From an uncultured Pelagibacteraceae bacterium (GTDB taxonomy: Bacteria; Pseudomonadota; Alphaproteobacteria; Pelagibacterales; Pelagibacteraceae), in NCBI GenBank assembly GCA_902528575.1, contig CABZSV010000003.1, positions 1,995 through 65,994 on the forward strand: a stretch of 64,000 nucleotides of DNA, read 5' to 3'. The notes under the pieces are model-generated. The model was not told where the DNA came from, ran no database searches, and saw nothing but the letters and a program-made list of their open reading frames with translations. The first letter of the stretch is position 1. Each line of letters opens with the position of its first letter. This document shows positions 49,630 through 60,000 of this stretch, piece after piece. Made by a program: the position numbers and the translations under genes.

Positions 49630-50711
49630 TGTATCTAATTGTAACTAGATCATTCCCACCAGAGCTTGGTGGTATGCAAAATCATTTGTGGGGTTTTTCA
49701 AATGAATTATCCAAAAATTACATGATCAAAGTATTTGCTGATTATATTGATGGACATAAAAATTTTGATGAACAGGCATCTTTTTCTATAGAAAGAATTG
49801 GTGGTCCAAAATTATTTAGAAAATATAGAAAGGCAAATTTAATAGATGAATTTACTAAAAATAATATTGTAGATGGTATTATCGCTGATCACTGGAAAAG
49901 CTTAGAGCATTTAAAAAATAGTAAAAAAAAATTTTGTTTCATTCATGGTAAAGATATCAATCATCTAAAGGGTTCTAGAATTAATCAAAGAATACTAAAA
50001 GTATTAAATACTTCCGAAAAAATTATTGCTAATTCAAAGTATACAAAAAATTTAGCCATAGAAATTGGTGTAAATGAAAATAAAATTGTTATCATTAACC
50101 CTGGAATTGATCCAGCTAAAGAATTAAATGATAAATCATTAAAAAAAATTGAAAGCTTATTAAAAGTAAAAACTCCAAGATTAATTACAGTTTCTAGATT
50201 TGATAAAAGAAAAAATCATGAAAAAGTTGTAATGGCTTTAAGAAATCTTAAACAAATATATCCTGATATTGTCTATATTTGTGTTGGTTATGGAGATGAA
50301 GAAGAAAATATTAAAAAACTAGTAAAAGAACTAGATCTTGAAGCTCAAGTTATGTTTTTTAAAGACATTAGTAATGATTTAAAAAATGCACTTATTGCAA
50401 AATCAAATATTTTTGTCATGCCTTCAATTATTTACAATAAATCTGTTGAGGGATTTGGAATTGTTTATGCTGAAGCCGGACAATACGGAATTCCCTCTAT
50501 TGGTGGAAAAGACGGTGGTGCAGCAGATGCAATTGATGATGAAAAAACTGGTTTAATATGTGATGGCAACAGTCTTGAAGATGTTTATTCCTCAATTATT
50601 AAAATGTTAGAAAATAAAAAATATTTAGAGTTTGGAAAAAATGCTCAAAAATATGTTGCTAAATTTTATTGGCCAAAAATAATTGAAGAATTCAAAAAGA
50701 TATTAAATTGA
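49629..50711 (+). CDS. Glycosyltransferase family 4
   Basis: FPPELGGMQ, VSRFDKRKN, EGFGIVYAEA. Confidence 0.92.
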   Translation: MYLIVTRSFPPELGGMQNHLWGFSNELSKNYMIKVFADYIDGHKNFDEQASFSIERIGGPKLFRKYRKANLIDEFTKNNIVDGIIADHWKSLEHLKNSKKKFCFIHGKDINHLKGSRINQRILKVLNTSEKIIANSKYTKNLAIEIGVNENKIVIINPGIDPAKELNDKSLKKIESLLKVKTPRLITVSRFDKRKNHEKVVMALRNLKQIYPDIVYICVGYGDEEENIKKLVKELDLEAQVMFFKDISNDLKNALIAKSNIFVMPSIIYNKSVEGFGIVYAEAGQYGIPSIGGKDGGAADAIDDEKTGLICDGNSLEDVYSSIIKMLENKKYLEFGKNAQKYVAKFYWPKIIEEFKKILN

Positions 50712-51598
50712 TTTCAAATAATAAATTAGCAATTTTTTTAATTATAATCTCAGTTTTTTGTGGAACATTAATGTTAACCTTTTTAAAATTAGCACAAGAA
50801 GAAGCTAATGTTTATGTTGCAGGGTTTTTTAGGTTTTTATTTGGTTTCCTAATTATTTTTCCCTATATGCTAAAATCTAAATTTACAGTTTTTAAAACAA
50901 ATCATCATAAAAAACATTTTTTAAGAGCGGTTTTAAACTTGCCTTCAATGCTATTATATTTCTCAGCCTTAGTAATGATGCCAATTGAAAAAGCTACAGC
51001 GATATCTTTTGTTGTTCCTTTCATAGTAACAATTTTGGCAGTTTTATTTCTAGGAGAAAAAATTTACATATATAGAAGTTTTGCACTAGTTTTAGGATTT
51101 ATTGGAATGTTAATAATTTTAAGGCCAGGAATAATCGAAATCTCTCTTGGAGTTTATATGGCACTGGCATCGTCTTTTATGTGGTCAATAGTAATTATAA
51201 TTACAAAAACTATCGCAAAAGATGATAGTTCGATTACGATTTTATCTTATGGATACACGTATATGACAATTTTTAGTTTCATTATTGCGTTGTTTTATTG
51301 GCAAACACCTAGTTTTCAAACTTTGATTTATTTATTTTTTGCAGGTTTATTTGGTACATTGTTGCATCTTTGTATTAATCACGCATACAAATTAGTAGAT
51401 GTTAGTATGACACAACCATACTCATTTCTAAGTTTAGTGTTTGCTTCTTTAATTGGATATTATGTTTTTAGTGAAACACCTGATCTCTTCACTTGGATTG
51501 GTGCTAGTGTTATATTTTTAGGTGTTTTAATCATGTCTTATCGTGAAATGAAACTTGATAAAGAAATTATTAGAAAGCGTATAGATATAAAATCTTAA
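50708..51598 (+). CDS. DMT/EamA family transporter
   Basis: About 10 TMs, LGEK, GFIGMLIILRPG. Confidence 0.9.
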   Translation: MISNNKLAIFLIIISVFCGTLMLTFLKLAQEEANVYVAGFFRFLFGFLIIFPYMLKSKFTVFKTNHHKKHFLRAVLNLPSMLLYFSALVMMPIEKATAISFVVPFIVTILAVLFLGEKIYIYRSFALVLGFIGMLIILRPGIIEISLGVYMALASSFMWSIVIIITKTIAKDDSSITILSYGYTYMTIFSFIIALFYWQTPSFQTLIYLFFAGLFGTLLHLCINHAYKLVDVSMTQPYSFLSLVFASLIGYYVFSETPDLFTWIGASVIFLGVLIMSYREMKLDKEIIRKRIDIKS

Positions 51599-53095
51599 TT
51601 ATTTTCTTATTAAAGATCTGTAAATTTGCCAACCAACGATCCCAATTGTAATCAATAGAATAATTAAAGTTAAAGGCCTATCCCATAAAAAACTGAAGGA
51701 CCCATCACTAATCAATAATGATCTCCTTAAGTTTTCCTCTATTAACTTTCCAAGTACAAAGGCGAGGATTAAAGGAGGCATAGGAAATTCGTATAAGCGC
51801 AAGAAAGTAGCCACCACTGCTATACCAATCATTAAATAAATATCAAAATTATTAAATGACATTAAATAAATACCTGTAATTGAGAAAAATAAAATTAGTG
51901 GAATTAAAAAATTTCTTGGAACTGCTAGAATACGAGCTATGTAAGGAATTAAAGGTAAATTTAAAATTAATAGAACAACCATACCGATATACATCGACAT
52001 TATTACTGACCAGAAAATTTCGGGATTGGTTTGGTATAATCTAGGACCAGGTTGAATACCAAAACCTAATAGAGCTCCTAACATCACAGCTGTTGTTCCG
52101 CTACCAGGAATACCTAACGTTAATAATGGTACAAATGATCCAGAACATGCAGCATTATTTGCAGTCTCCGGGGCTGATAAACCATGAACACTGCCTTTTC
52201 CAAATTTTTCTTTTTCTTCATCACTCACATAATTTCGTTCCATTCCATAAGCTAAGAAAGATGCTATTGTTGCTCCTGCACCAGGTAAAACACCAATTAA
52301 AAAACCTAAAATAGAAGAACGAGGTATTGTTTTAGCCATTTTAATAGTTTCTTCTTTATTTACTTTAATTGAACCGAGTTCAGTTAAAGAAATTTGTTTT
52401 GCTGCTCTATTTGGATCTTTACCCCTAAATATAATTGTTAAAGCTTCACTCATTGCAAATGTAGCCATCACGATCAATACAAAGCTAATTCCATCAGATA
52501 AATTCATGTTTCCAAAAGTAAATCTAGAAATATCTGATAACGAATCTTGGCCAATTGAAGCTAACATCAAACCTAAAACAACCATCATCATTGCTTTTAA
52601 GAATTGTCCTTTCGAAGAAAATGCTGAAACAGCAGTTAAACCCAACATCATTAAAGCAAAATAATCTGGAGATCTAAATGATAAACTTATTTTAGATAAA
52701 CTTGGTGCTGCAATTAATAAAAATATTGCGGAAATTGTTCCACCTGCAAATGAACTATAAGCTGCAATAGCTAAAGCTTTACCGGCCTTACCTTGTTGTG
52801 CCATAGGATAACCATCAAAAGCTGTTGCTACAGTTCCTGGAACTCCAGGTGCATTTAATAAAATTGATGATGTCGATCCACCAAAAACTGCTCCGTAATA
52901 AACACCAGCCATTAAAATTAAACCTGATGCTGGATCAAAACCATATGTAATTGGTATCATTAAAGCAATTGCAGTCATTGGACCTAATCCAGGGAGCATT
53001 CCAATTATTGTTCCAGCAAAACACCCTATCATAACAATAATTATATTTTGAAGTGATAAAGCTGTATTTAAACCAATTAAAATTCCTTCGATCAT
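51599..53095 (-). CDS. tctA: Tripartite tricarboxylate transporter large subunit
   Basis: GMLPGLG, APETANNA, LTLGIPGS. Confidence 0.95.
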   Translation of the reverse strand: MIEGILIGLNTALSLQNIIIVMIGCFAGTIIGMLPGLGPMTAIALMIPITYGFDPASGLILMAGVYYGAVFGGSTSSILLNAPGVPGTVATAFDGYPMAQQGKAGKALAIAAYSSFAGGTISAIFLLIAAPSLSKISLSFRSPDYFALMMLGLTAVSAFSSKGQFLKAMMMVVLGLMLASIGQDSLSDISRFTFGNMNLSDGISFVLIVMATFAMSEALTIIFRGKDPNRAAKQISLTELGSIKVNKEETIKMAKTIPRSSILGFLIGVLPGAGATIASFLAYGMERNYVSDEEKEKFGKGSVHGLSAPETANNAACSGSFVPLLTLGIPGSGTTAVMLGALLGFGIQPGPRLYQTNPEIFWSVIMSMYIGMVVLLILNLPLIPYIARILAVPRNFLIPLILFFSITGIYLMSFNNFDIYLMIGIAVVATFLRLYEFPMPPLILAFVLGKLIEENLRRSLLISDGSFSFLWDRPLTLIILLITIGIVGWQIYRSLIRK

Positions 53096-53562
53096 CCAAT
53101 TATTCCTAAATATTGTAAAAGTGGATCTCTTAAATAAATATTAAGAACTCCATGTAGTAAAAACATGAAAATTGCTACAAAAGGAAATGAAAGTAAAAAC
53201 ATCCATAACCATCTTCTTTCACCCAAAAAATAATAAGAAGCAATCAGAAATAAAGAAGTCGATAAAAAATATCCAATTTTTAAAATTACTGCTCCATAAA
53301 TTATTGAAATTAAAATTAAATATATAATACTTTTGTAATCAAGGTGTTTATGGTTTACCTCAATTTTTATTTTTTCAGGTAAAATTATAATTAATCCTGA
53401 AATTAAAATTCCTGCCCAACCTAAATAGATTGGAAATGTTCTTGCATTAAACGGAGCATTCTCATCAAAAGTAAAAACTACTATTTGATGTGCTGTATAT
53501 AAATAAAAAGCTGAAAAAATAAAAAAGAGCAGTGAGATAAATTTAGTTGGACTAATTCTCAC
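53092..53562 (-). CDS. tctB: Tripartite tricarboxylate transporter small subunit
   Basis: Four to five TMs, ARTFP; between tctC and tctA. Confidence 0.88.
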   Translation of the reverse strand: MRISPTKFISLLFFIFSAFYLYTAHQIVVFTFDENAPFNARTFPIYLGWAGILISGLIIILPEKIKIEVNHKHLDYKSIIYLILISIIYGAVILKIGYFLSTSLFLIASYYFLGERRWLWMFLLSFPFVAIFMFLLHGVLNIYLRDPLLQYLGIIG

Positions 53563-53581
53563 TGCTCTTCCTATATATTAC

Positions 53582-53600
53582 TTAATCCAAACTGGATTAA
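53582..53600 (-). other. Hairpin at the tctC stop (possible mRNA-stabilising or attenuating element)
   Basis: TTAATCCA-AAC-TGGATTAA. Confidence 0.45.
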
Positions 53601-54583
53601 ATAACTCCTAGTTTTTTCATTAGGTCTGTCATTTCGCCAGTTTGTTTTTCTAAAAACTTAACGAAATCATCACCTGGGTTATAAATGTTAACCCAAGCAT
53701 TTCTTGCTCTTACAGCTTCCCACTCCGAAGTTTTTTGAACATCACCTAACATTTTTGCAATTTCATTTTTCATGCTATTGCTCATGCCTGGAGGTCCAAA
53801 GAAACCTCTCCAGTTAACAAACTGTACATCATAACCTTGTTCTTTAAGCGTTGGTGCATCTGGTGCATCAGAAACTCTTTCAGGTGCAGTAATACCAATA
53901 ATTCTTACTTGGTCTCTTGCTCCCATAAGTTCACCTAAACCTGTAGAAATCATTTGAGTTTCTCCAGATAAAAGTCCAGCTAATGCTTTACCACCTGCAT
54001 CGTAAGGAACATAAATTACATCGTTTGGATTCGCTCCAGCTGTTTGGAATGCTAAAGCACCAATTAAATGGTCCATGCTTCCTCTTACAGATCCACCAGC
54101 CATTTTAACTGACTTAGGATCTTTTTTATAAGCATCAACGATGTCTTTAAAGTTTTTGTAAGGTGAGTCTTTTGCAACAGCAATAGCACCATAGTCTCCG
54201 ATTACACCAGCAATCGGCACAACATCTTTATAAGATAGTACTCCACTTCCACCACCAGTCACATAACCTTCATGTCTAGTAATCGATCTTAATACTAACG
54301 GTGTTGATTGAACTAAAACCGTATTAGCAGGTTTGTTGTTAATCATGTAAGCTAATGCTTTACCGCCACCACCACCTGACATATTTTCAAATGATGCACT
54401 TTTTAACATACCAGCTTTTGTTAAAGCTTCTCCAGTACCTCTAGCAGTTCCATCCCAACCACCACCAGCACCACCACCAATTACAAAGTGCAATTTGTCA
54501 ATTGCTACTGAGCTTGTAGTTGTTGCTGAGAATAATAGGATTGCTGAGAATAATACTGAAAATAGTTTTTTTATGTTTTTCAT
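53597..54583 (-). CDS. tctC: Tripartite tricarboxylate transporter substrate-binding protein
   Basis: Signal peptide, GGGWDGTAR, GGGGG, PTLKEQG, NWRGFF. Confidence 0.95.
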   Translation of the reverse strand: MKNIKKLFSVLFSAILLFSATTTSSVAIDKLHFVIGGGAGGGWDGTARGTGEALTKAGMLKSASFENMSGGGGGKALAYMINNKPANTVLVQSTPLVLRSITRHEGYVTGGGSGVLSYKDVVPIAGVIGDYGAIAVAKDSPYKNFKDIVDAYKKDPKSVKMAGGSVRGSMDHLIGALAFQTAGANPNDVIYVPYDAGGKALAGLLSGETQMISTGLGELMGARDQVRIIGITAPERVSDAPDAPTLKEQGYDVQFVNWRGFFGPPGMSNSMKNEIAKMLGDVQKTSEWEAVRARNAWVNIYNPGDDFVKFLEKQTGEMTDLMKKLGVI

Positions 54584-54659
54584 TATTCTTCCTCTCTCTG
54601 TTAATAATAATTGGATTTAATTTATTTTATTTACAACTGTCTAAACAATTAATTAGTAT

Positions 54660-54699
54660 TGTTCTATTCAATAGAACATGTTATTCTATTAACTAGAAT
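54660..54699. promoter_or_regulatory. Tandem palindromic operators (likely IclR-family sites)
   Basis: TGTTCTATT-C-AATAGAACA (54660-54678, perfect) and ATTCTATT-A-ACTAGAAT (54683-54699); centres 22 bp apart. Confidence 0.75.
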
Positions 54700-54702
54700 T
54701 CT

Positions 54703-55401
54703 ATGAAATCAAACAAAAATGCTATTGGTGTTGAAGCAGTAAATAAAGCTTTAGAAATATTAAATTGTTTTACAGAAAAAAATGAGGCTCTTACTGTTAC
54801 AAAGATAGCTAAAATAACTGGAGATCATAAAAGCAGAATTTCAAGAATTTCAAAATCACTTGAAAACTTTGGCTATATTAGAAAAATAAAAAGCGGAGAA
54901 TTTAAAATAGGACACTCTATACCTAGATTGTATGAAATTTACGAAAGTAGTTTTAATTTAAAAAATTCAATAAAAACAGAATTAGATTTCATCTCATCAA
55001 AAACAAAAGAAACAGCAAGTTTTTTTGTAAGACAAAATGATGTACGGGTTTGTATTCAATCTAGTGCTCCCAGTAAATCGATTAGACACTTAGAACAAAT
55101 AGGAGGTAAAAAACCATTGAATAAAGGATCAAGTGGTCATGTTTTATCAGCCTATAATAATTTAGAAATTAAAGACAAAGATAAAGTTTTAAAAAATGGT
55201 TACGCTATGACTTTTGGTGAAAGAGATCCTGAAATGGCATCTGTGTCAGTTCCAATCTTTAGAAAAAAAAATCAAATTCTTGGAGCGTTAACTATTGCAG
55301 GACATATTTCTAACTTTAACAAAAAAAACTGTATCAGTTTCTTGAATGTACTTAGGTCTTCTAGAGTAAAAATTGAAAAGAATTTAATTAAAACCCAATA
55401 A
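54703..55401 (+). CDS. IclR family transcriptional regulator
   Basis: AVNKALEIL HTH, ETASFFV, GSSG, GERDP..SVSVPIF. Confidence 0.92.
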   Translation: MKSNKNAIGVEAVNKALEILNCFTEKNEALTVTKIAKITGDHKSRISRISKSLENFGYIRKIKSGEFKIGHSIPRLYEIYESSFNLKNSIKTELDFISSKTKETASFFVRQNDVRVCIQSSAPSKSIRHLEQIGGKKPLNKGSSGHVLSAYNNLEIKDKDKVLKNGYAMTFGERDPEMASVSVPIFRKKNQILGALTIAGHISNFNKKNCISFLNVLRSSRVKIEKNLIKTQ

Positions 55402-56453
55402 TGTTAAAACAAATCAGTCAAATTTTTACAATAAAATTTATTTCTGTTTTAATAATTTCTTTTCCTAGCGCAATTATTGCCGACTATTTTAATATTCCTC
55501 TAGCTTGGTTTTTAGGCCCTATGATTATCACCTCAATTGCCGCTTTATCTGGTCTAAAAATCCTGATGCCTAAAATTGTATTAAGTTTTATCTTGATAAT
55601 TTTAGGCTTGCATATTGGAAATTACATAGACCAAAATCTGTTTAATCAAATGCTTGATTGGATTTGGACTTCATTAATCATGTTAATCTACATAATAATT
55701 TGTATTTTAGTTGTTGCTAAATACCTTCAAAAATTTGCAAGTTATGGAGAAAAAGCTTCAATCTTTTCGGCAGCTCCTGGTGCATTGGGTCCTTTAATGA
55801 TTTTAGCAGAAAATGAAAGAACAGATTTATCTCAAGTCGCAACTTCTCACTTAATTAGATTAATCATCATAATAACTGTCATTCCATTTATTATAGTTAA
55901 TAATACTGAAAACAGTATTTTGTTAAATGATGACTTCAATTATTTAGCTCAAAATCATTTAAATTTAATTTTACTTATTATTGTATCTTTGTTTTTTATT
56001 TTTGTTTTTGATAAAATTAGAATTCCAGCAGCTTTACTATCTGGAACATTATTTGCGAGTGGTTTGTTGCAAATTACTGATATAGCCTCATATAAATTAC
56101 CAGATGAAACAGTAAATTTTTGTCTGCTAATTCTTGGTTCTTCAGTTGGTTGTAGATTTGCTGAAAAAACTGTTAAAGAGATAGCTAATAATTCTCTTCA
56201 TAGTATTGTCGCTACTACTATTTTGGTAATATTAGGTTTGGTTGCAGCCTATGTTGCAACATTCTTTGTTGAGACAAATATTTTAACTCTAATTTTATCT
56301 TTTAGTCCTGGTGGAATTTATGAAGTGGCAGTTATAGCAATTGCTTTTGATTTAGACCCAGACTTTGTTGCTTTTCACCATATTATAAGATTACTTTTTA
56401 TACTTTTCACGGTTCCTGTATTTTTAAGAGTAATTGAAAAGATTAAGAAATAA
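55401..56453 (+). CDS. AbrB family membrane protein (duplicated domain)
   Basis: PLAWFLGPM, APGAL and SPGGIYE repeats, HLIRL and HIIRL. Confidence 0.88.
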   Translation: MLKQISQIFTIKFISVLIISFPSAIIADYFNIPLAWFLGPMIITSIAALSGLKILMPKIVLSFILIILGLHIGNYIDQNLFNQMLDWIWTSLIMLIYIIICILVVAKYLQKFASYGEKASIFSAAPGALGPLMILAENERTDLSQVATSHLIRLIIIITVIPFIIVNNTENSILLNDDFNYLAQNHLNLILLIIVSLFFIFVFDKIRIPAALLSGTLFASGLLQITDIASYKLPDETVNFCLLILGSSVGCRFAEKTVKEIANNSLHSIVATTILVILGLVAAYVATFFVETNILTLILSFSPGGIYEVAVIAIAFDLDPDFVAFHHIIRLLFILFTVPVFLRVIEKIKK

Positions 56454-57384
56454 TTTCAGAAATTCTTTCAAAAACTTTTTCTGCTGAGAGTTTTGATAAT
56501 TCGGGAGCTTGTATTGCTTTAAAATTTTCTCTTTCAATACTTACTTTAAAAGGAGTTGTATGAGATCCAAATAAAGCGATTCCTTTTGAACCTAAGTGTG
56601 CTGTCATATGCGCTGGTCCAGTATCATTTGCAATAACAAATGAACTATCTTTTATTAATGTTGCTAACTGTGAAACATCTAAAGCTTTACCATTATCTAA
56701 AACGCAAAGTGCATTAATATTTGATGATTCTTTAATTTCACTGGGTCCAGGTGCAATAACTACTTTAAATTTGTTATCTGACTTTTCATTAATCATAGCA
56801 ATTAACTCATTATAATAAGGCCATTTCTTTGAAGTTAAATGAGGAGAACAAAAAGGAAAAAGAAGAATATATTTATCTAATTGATGGTGATTTTTTATTT
56901 GAGATATGTCTGTTGTGCTCCATGAAAAATCAGGATTTAAAGTATGATTTGTATTTATGCCTGAACTTTTTAATTGATGATCAAATCTAGATAGAACAGA
57001 GTCTTTGTCAAAATCTTCTTTTGAAGTTCCTTCGGGTAATGTTGTATGAGTGGATGACCAAGTATCTTTTGTTGCTTTTGGAAATAAAATTTTTTTATAA
57101 AAGGCTGTTCTACTTGAATTCTGTAGGTCGTAAACTTTAGAAAAATTATATTTTTTTATATTTTTCATTAATGAATATAAATAAATCAGGTTTAGTCTTG
57201 ATAATCGCTTATCTAAAATAACATCAGAAATATGTGGATTTTTTTTAAATAAATCAAAGTATGGTTTAGTTGTTAGCAAATAAATTTCATCTCCTTTATG
57301 ATTCTCAGAAATATCTTGAATTGCACCGCAAGCTTGAGCTATATCACCCAAAGATCCATGTTTAATAATTAAAATATTAGACAT
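56443..57384 (-). CDS. Glycosyltransferase family 9 (heptosyltransferase-like)
   Basis: IKHGSLGD, YDLQ, KKWP, ANDTGPAHMTA. Confidence 0.92.
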   Translation of the reverse strand: MSNILIIKHGSLGDIAQACGAIQDISENHKGDEIYLLTTKPYFDLFKKNPHISDVILDKRLSRLNLIYLYSLMKNIKKYNFSKVYDLQNSSRTAFYKKILFPKATKDTWSSTHTTLPEGTSKEDFDKDSVLSRFDHQLKSSGINTNHTLNPDFSWSTTDISQIKNHHQLDKYILLFPFCSPHLTSKKWPYYNELIAMINEKSDNKFKVVIAPGPSEIKESSNINALCVLDNGKALDVSQLATLIKDSSFVIANDTGPAHMTAHLGSKGIALFGSHTTPFKVSIERENFKAIQAPELSKLSAEKVFERISEIIS

Positions 57385-57416
57385 ATTTTAAACAATTTAA
57401 CATAGTATAAGATTTA

Positions 57417-57806
57417 ATGAATAAAATTATAGTAGAAATTTCTTTTGGTGAACTATTGGATAAAATTTCAATCTTGGAAATTAAAAAAGAAAAAATTAAA
57501 GATCCTGAAAAACTAAAATTTATATCAAATGAACATTTTATTCTTAAAGATCAGTTAGAAAAAAATGTTAAATCTGACGAAAAATTAGATAAACTGTTTC
57601 AAGATTTAAAAGAAATTAATGCTAAACTTTGGGTTATAGAGGATGACAAAAGAGATTGTGAAAAAAATAAAGATTTTGGTGAAAAGTTTATAAAATTGTC
57701 AAGAGAAGTTCATTTCTTAAATGATGATCGATCAAAAGTTAAATTGGAGATTAACAATCTCACAGGATCAAATATAAAAGAAATAAAAGAATACACTAAC
57801 TACTAA
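57417..57806 (+). CDS. DUF6165-like protein
   Basis: SFGELLDKISILEIK, LWVIEDDKR, ND.RSKVK, KEIKEY. Confidence 0.8.
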   Translation: MNKIIVEISFGELLDKISILEIKKEKIKDPEKLKFISNEHFILKDQLEKNVKSDEKLDKLFQDLKEINAKLWVIEDDKRDCEKNKDFGEKFIKLSREVHFLNDDRSKVKLEINNLTGSNIKEIKEYTNY

Positions 57807-58584
57807 AAACTTTAGGAAACCAATCATCTCTCATTAAATCTCCCGTTTTTAAATTAATTCCATCAAATGGAGGAGATGTTGGCCCTCCTCTATCTATATA
57901 TTTTACATCATCTCCTATAAATCTCATCGAAAATGCTCTTCGAGATTTAGAGGTATTGTTTCCTGTTGAACCATGTACTGTTTTAAAATTAAACAAAACA
58001 GCATCCCCTAAACTTAGTTCTGGAATTAAAATATTTTTTTCAAATTCTTTTGATGGAGGTAAATCCATAAAAGCACTATCGTCTTTATACCAAGATTGGT
58101 TATTTGACCATTTTGTGGGTCTAATTAACTTTGACCATTTGTGAGAGCCTATAATTAATTTAAGATTATTTTTATGATCAACCTCATCTAATGGTATCCA
58201 AAAACTTCCAGTATCATTACCATCAACACAGTAATATGGCATATCCTGATGCCAAGGTGTTTCTTTATTAGTGCCTGGATCCTTTATAAATATGTGTTCA
58301 TGAAAAATTTGAGTAGATTTAGAATTAGTTGCTTCTGCAACTATTTGAGCTCCAGGTGAATTATATAAACAATCCTTAAATTCTTTTATCCTCTCCCAAT
58401 TACAATAATCTTCAAAAAATCTTCCATTATTATCAGTTACATTCTCTCTTCCATGTTTACTAGGATTGTCTAAAACTTTTTTAAATCCTTTTCTAAGTGG
58501 TTCTATCCATTTTTTAAATTCATCTTTAACAATTATTACTCCATCGTTTTGATAATCTTTAATTTGTCTATCAGATAAAAACAT
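57796..58584 (-). CDS. Phytanoyl-CoA dioxygenase (PhyH) family Fe(II)/2-oxoglutarate oxygenase
   Basis: TPWHQD, WIPLD, GDAVLF...HGS, RRAFSMR. Confidence 0.92.
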   Translation of the reverse strand: MFLSDRQIKDYQNDGVIIVKDEFKKWIEPLRKGFKKVLDNPSKHGRENVTDNNGRFFEDYCNWERIKEFKDCLYNSPGAQIVAEATNSKSTQIFHEHIFIKDPGTNKETPWHQDMPYYCVDGNDTGSFWIPLDEVDHKNNLKLIIGSHKWSKLIRPTKWSNNQSWYKDDSAFMDLPPSKEFEKNILIPELSLGDAVLFNFKTVHGSTGNNTSKSRRAFSMRFIGDDVKYIDRGGPTSPPFDGINLKTGDLMRDDWFPKVFSS

Positions 58585-58586
58585 TT

Positions 58587-59264
58587 TTATTGTTGAAAGC
58601 TGTACTTTTTCTCTAAATATTTAATCACGTTATGAATGATAAAAGTCATGAACAAATAAATTCCACCAGCAACAATAAAAACCTCTATTGGTTTAAAAGT
58701 TGTTGAAATTATATATTTAGCAACACCAGTTAAATCCATCAAAGTTACTGTGCTTGCTAAAGAAGTCCCTTTCATCATTAGTATTATTTCATTTCCGTAT
58801 GCTGGTAATGATTGTCGAATAGCAATTGGAATTTGGATTTTATAAAAGATTATTTTATTTGATATTCCCAAGCTTTTTCCAGCTTCAATAATACCTGGTT
58901 TTATTGTTTGAAATGCTGATCTTAAAATTTCAGAGGTATATGCGCCTGTATTTAAAGTAAATGCTATAATTGCACACCAGTAAGGCTCTTTTAAAATAAC
59001 CCATAGAAATGTTGTTCTTAAATATTCGATTTGTCCTAATCCAAAATAAATGATGAAAATCTGGACCAACAACGGTGTTCCTCTAAATATGTATGAATAG
59101 CCATAAGCAAATTTATTAATAAATATATTTTTATTTAATCTTAAAATTGCAAAAAAAAGACCTAGGAATAATCCAAAAAATAATGATGCAGATAATAATT
59201 TTAAAGTAACTACAGTTGCACCTAAAAGTTTAGGAAAACTAGTGATCATTAAGTCTAAATCCAT
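58587..59264 (-). CDS. Polar amino acid ABC transporter permease (HisM/OccM-like)
   Basis: FRGTPLLVQ, AYTSEILR, EAGKSLG. Confidence 0.93.
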   Translation of the reverse strand: MDLDLMITSFPKLLGATVVTLKLLSASLFFGLFLGLFFAILRLNKNIFINKFAYGYSYIFRGTPLLVQIFIIYFGLGQIEYLRTTFLWVILKEPYWCAIIAFTLNTGAYTSEILRSAFQTIKPGIIEAGKSLGISNKIIFYKIQIPIAIRQSLPAYGNEIILMMKGTSLASTVTLMDLTGVAKYIISTTFKPIEVFIVAGGIYLFMTFIIHNVIKYLEKKYSFQQ

Positions 59265-59956
59265 TAATGCCCCCTGCTATATCTAGCTTCTAGTTTGTTA
59301 ATTAATTTCATACTCACGTAAGTAAGCAGCAGATACAAAACTGCTGCAAATGAATAAAAGAATAATGGATCTCTAGTAGATCCTGCTGCAATATAAGATT
59401 GTCTCATTATTTCAACCAATCCTGTTACTGAAATCAGAGAAGTGTCTTTTAATGTTATTTGCCAAACATTACTTAAATTTGGAATAGCAAGTCTTAACAT
59501 TTGAGGTAATATTATTTTATAAAATTGCCCAAACTTATTTATTCCAAGAACCTTTGCAGCTTCAAATTGGCCTTTGTCTATAGATTGTATGGCGCCTCTA
59601 AACACTTCTGTTGAATATGCGCCAGAAATAATTCCAATAGCCATTGAACCAGTAATAAATGCGTTAATTTCTATGTATTCATAATAACCAAATATAGATG
59701 CCACATACATTATTGCGCCACTTCCCCCAAAAAAGAAAAGATAAATTACTAATAATTCAGGTACTCCACGAATAACTGTGGTGTAAAAATTACCAACTAA
59801 ATTTAAAGTTTTATATTTTGAAAGTTTTAAAGGTGTAAAAATTAATGCAAAAAAGAAACCAACTAACATTGCTGTAATTGATACAGCGATTGTCATCAAG
59901 GTTGCGTAAAATAACTCGTCACCCCAACCTGTTTTACCAAATGCGAGAAGTTCCAT
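59264..59956 (-). CDS. Polar amino acid ABC transporter permease (HisQ/OccQ-like)
   Basis: RGVPEL, AYSTEVFRGA, GQFEAA, KDTSL. Confidence 0.93.
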   Translation of the reverse strand: MELLAFGKTGWGDELFYATLMTIAVSITAMLVGFFFALIFTPLKLSKYKTLNLVGNFYTTVIRGVPELLVIYLFFFGGSGAIMYVASIFGYYEYIEINAFITGSMAIGIISGAYSTEVFRGAIQSIDKGQFEAAKVLGINKFGQFYKIILPQMLRLAIPNLSNVWQITLKDTSLISVTGLVEIMRQSYIAAGSTRDPLFFYSFAAVLYLLLTYVSMKLINKLEARYSRGH

Positions 59957-59962
59957 ATAGAT

Positions 59963-59987
59963 TGGCGACTATATATTATAGTCGCCA
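59963..59987 (-). other. Stable hairpin between the binding-protein and permease genes
   Basis: TGGCGACTATA-TAT-TATAGTCGCCA, 11-bp perfect stem, no U tract. Confidence 0.7.
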
Positions 59988-60000
59988 GATCTGAAATGAA

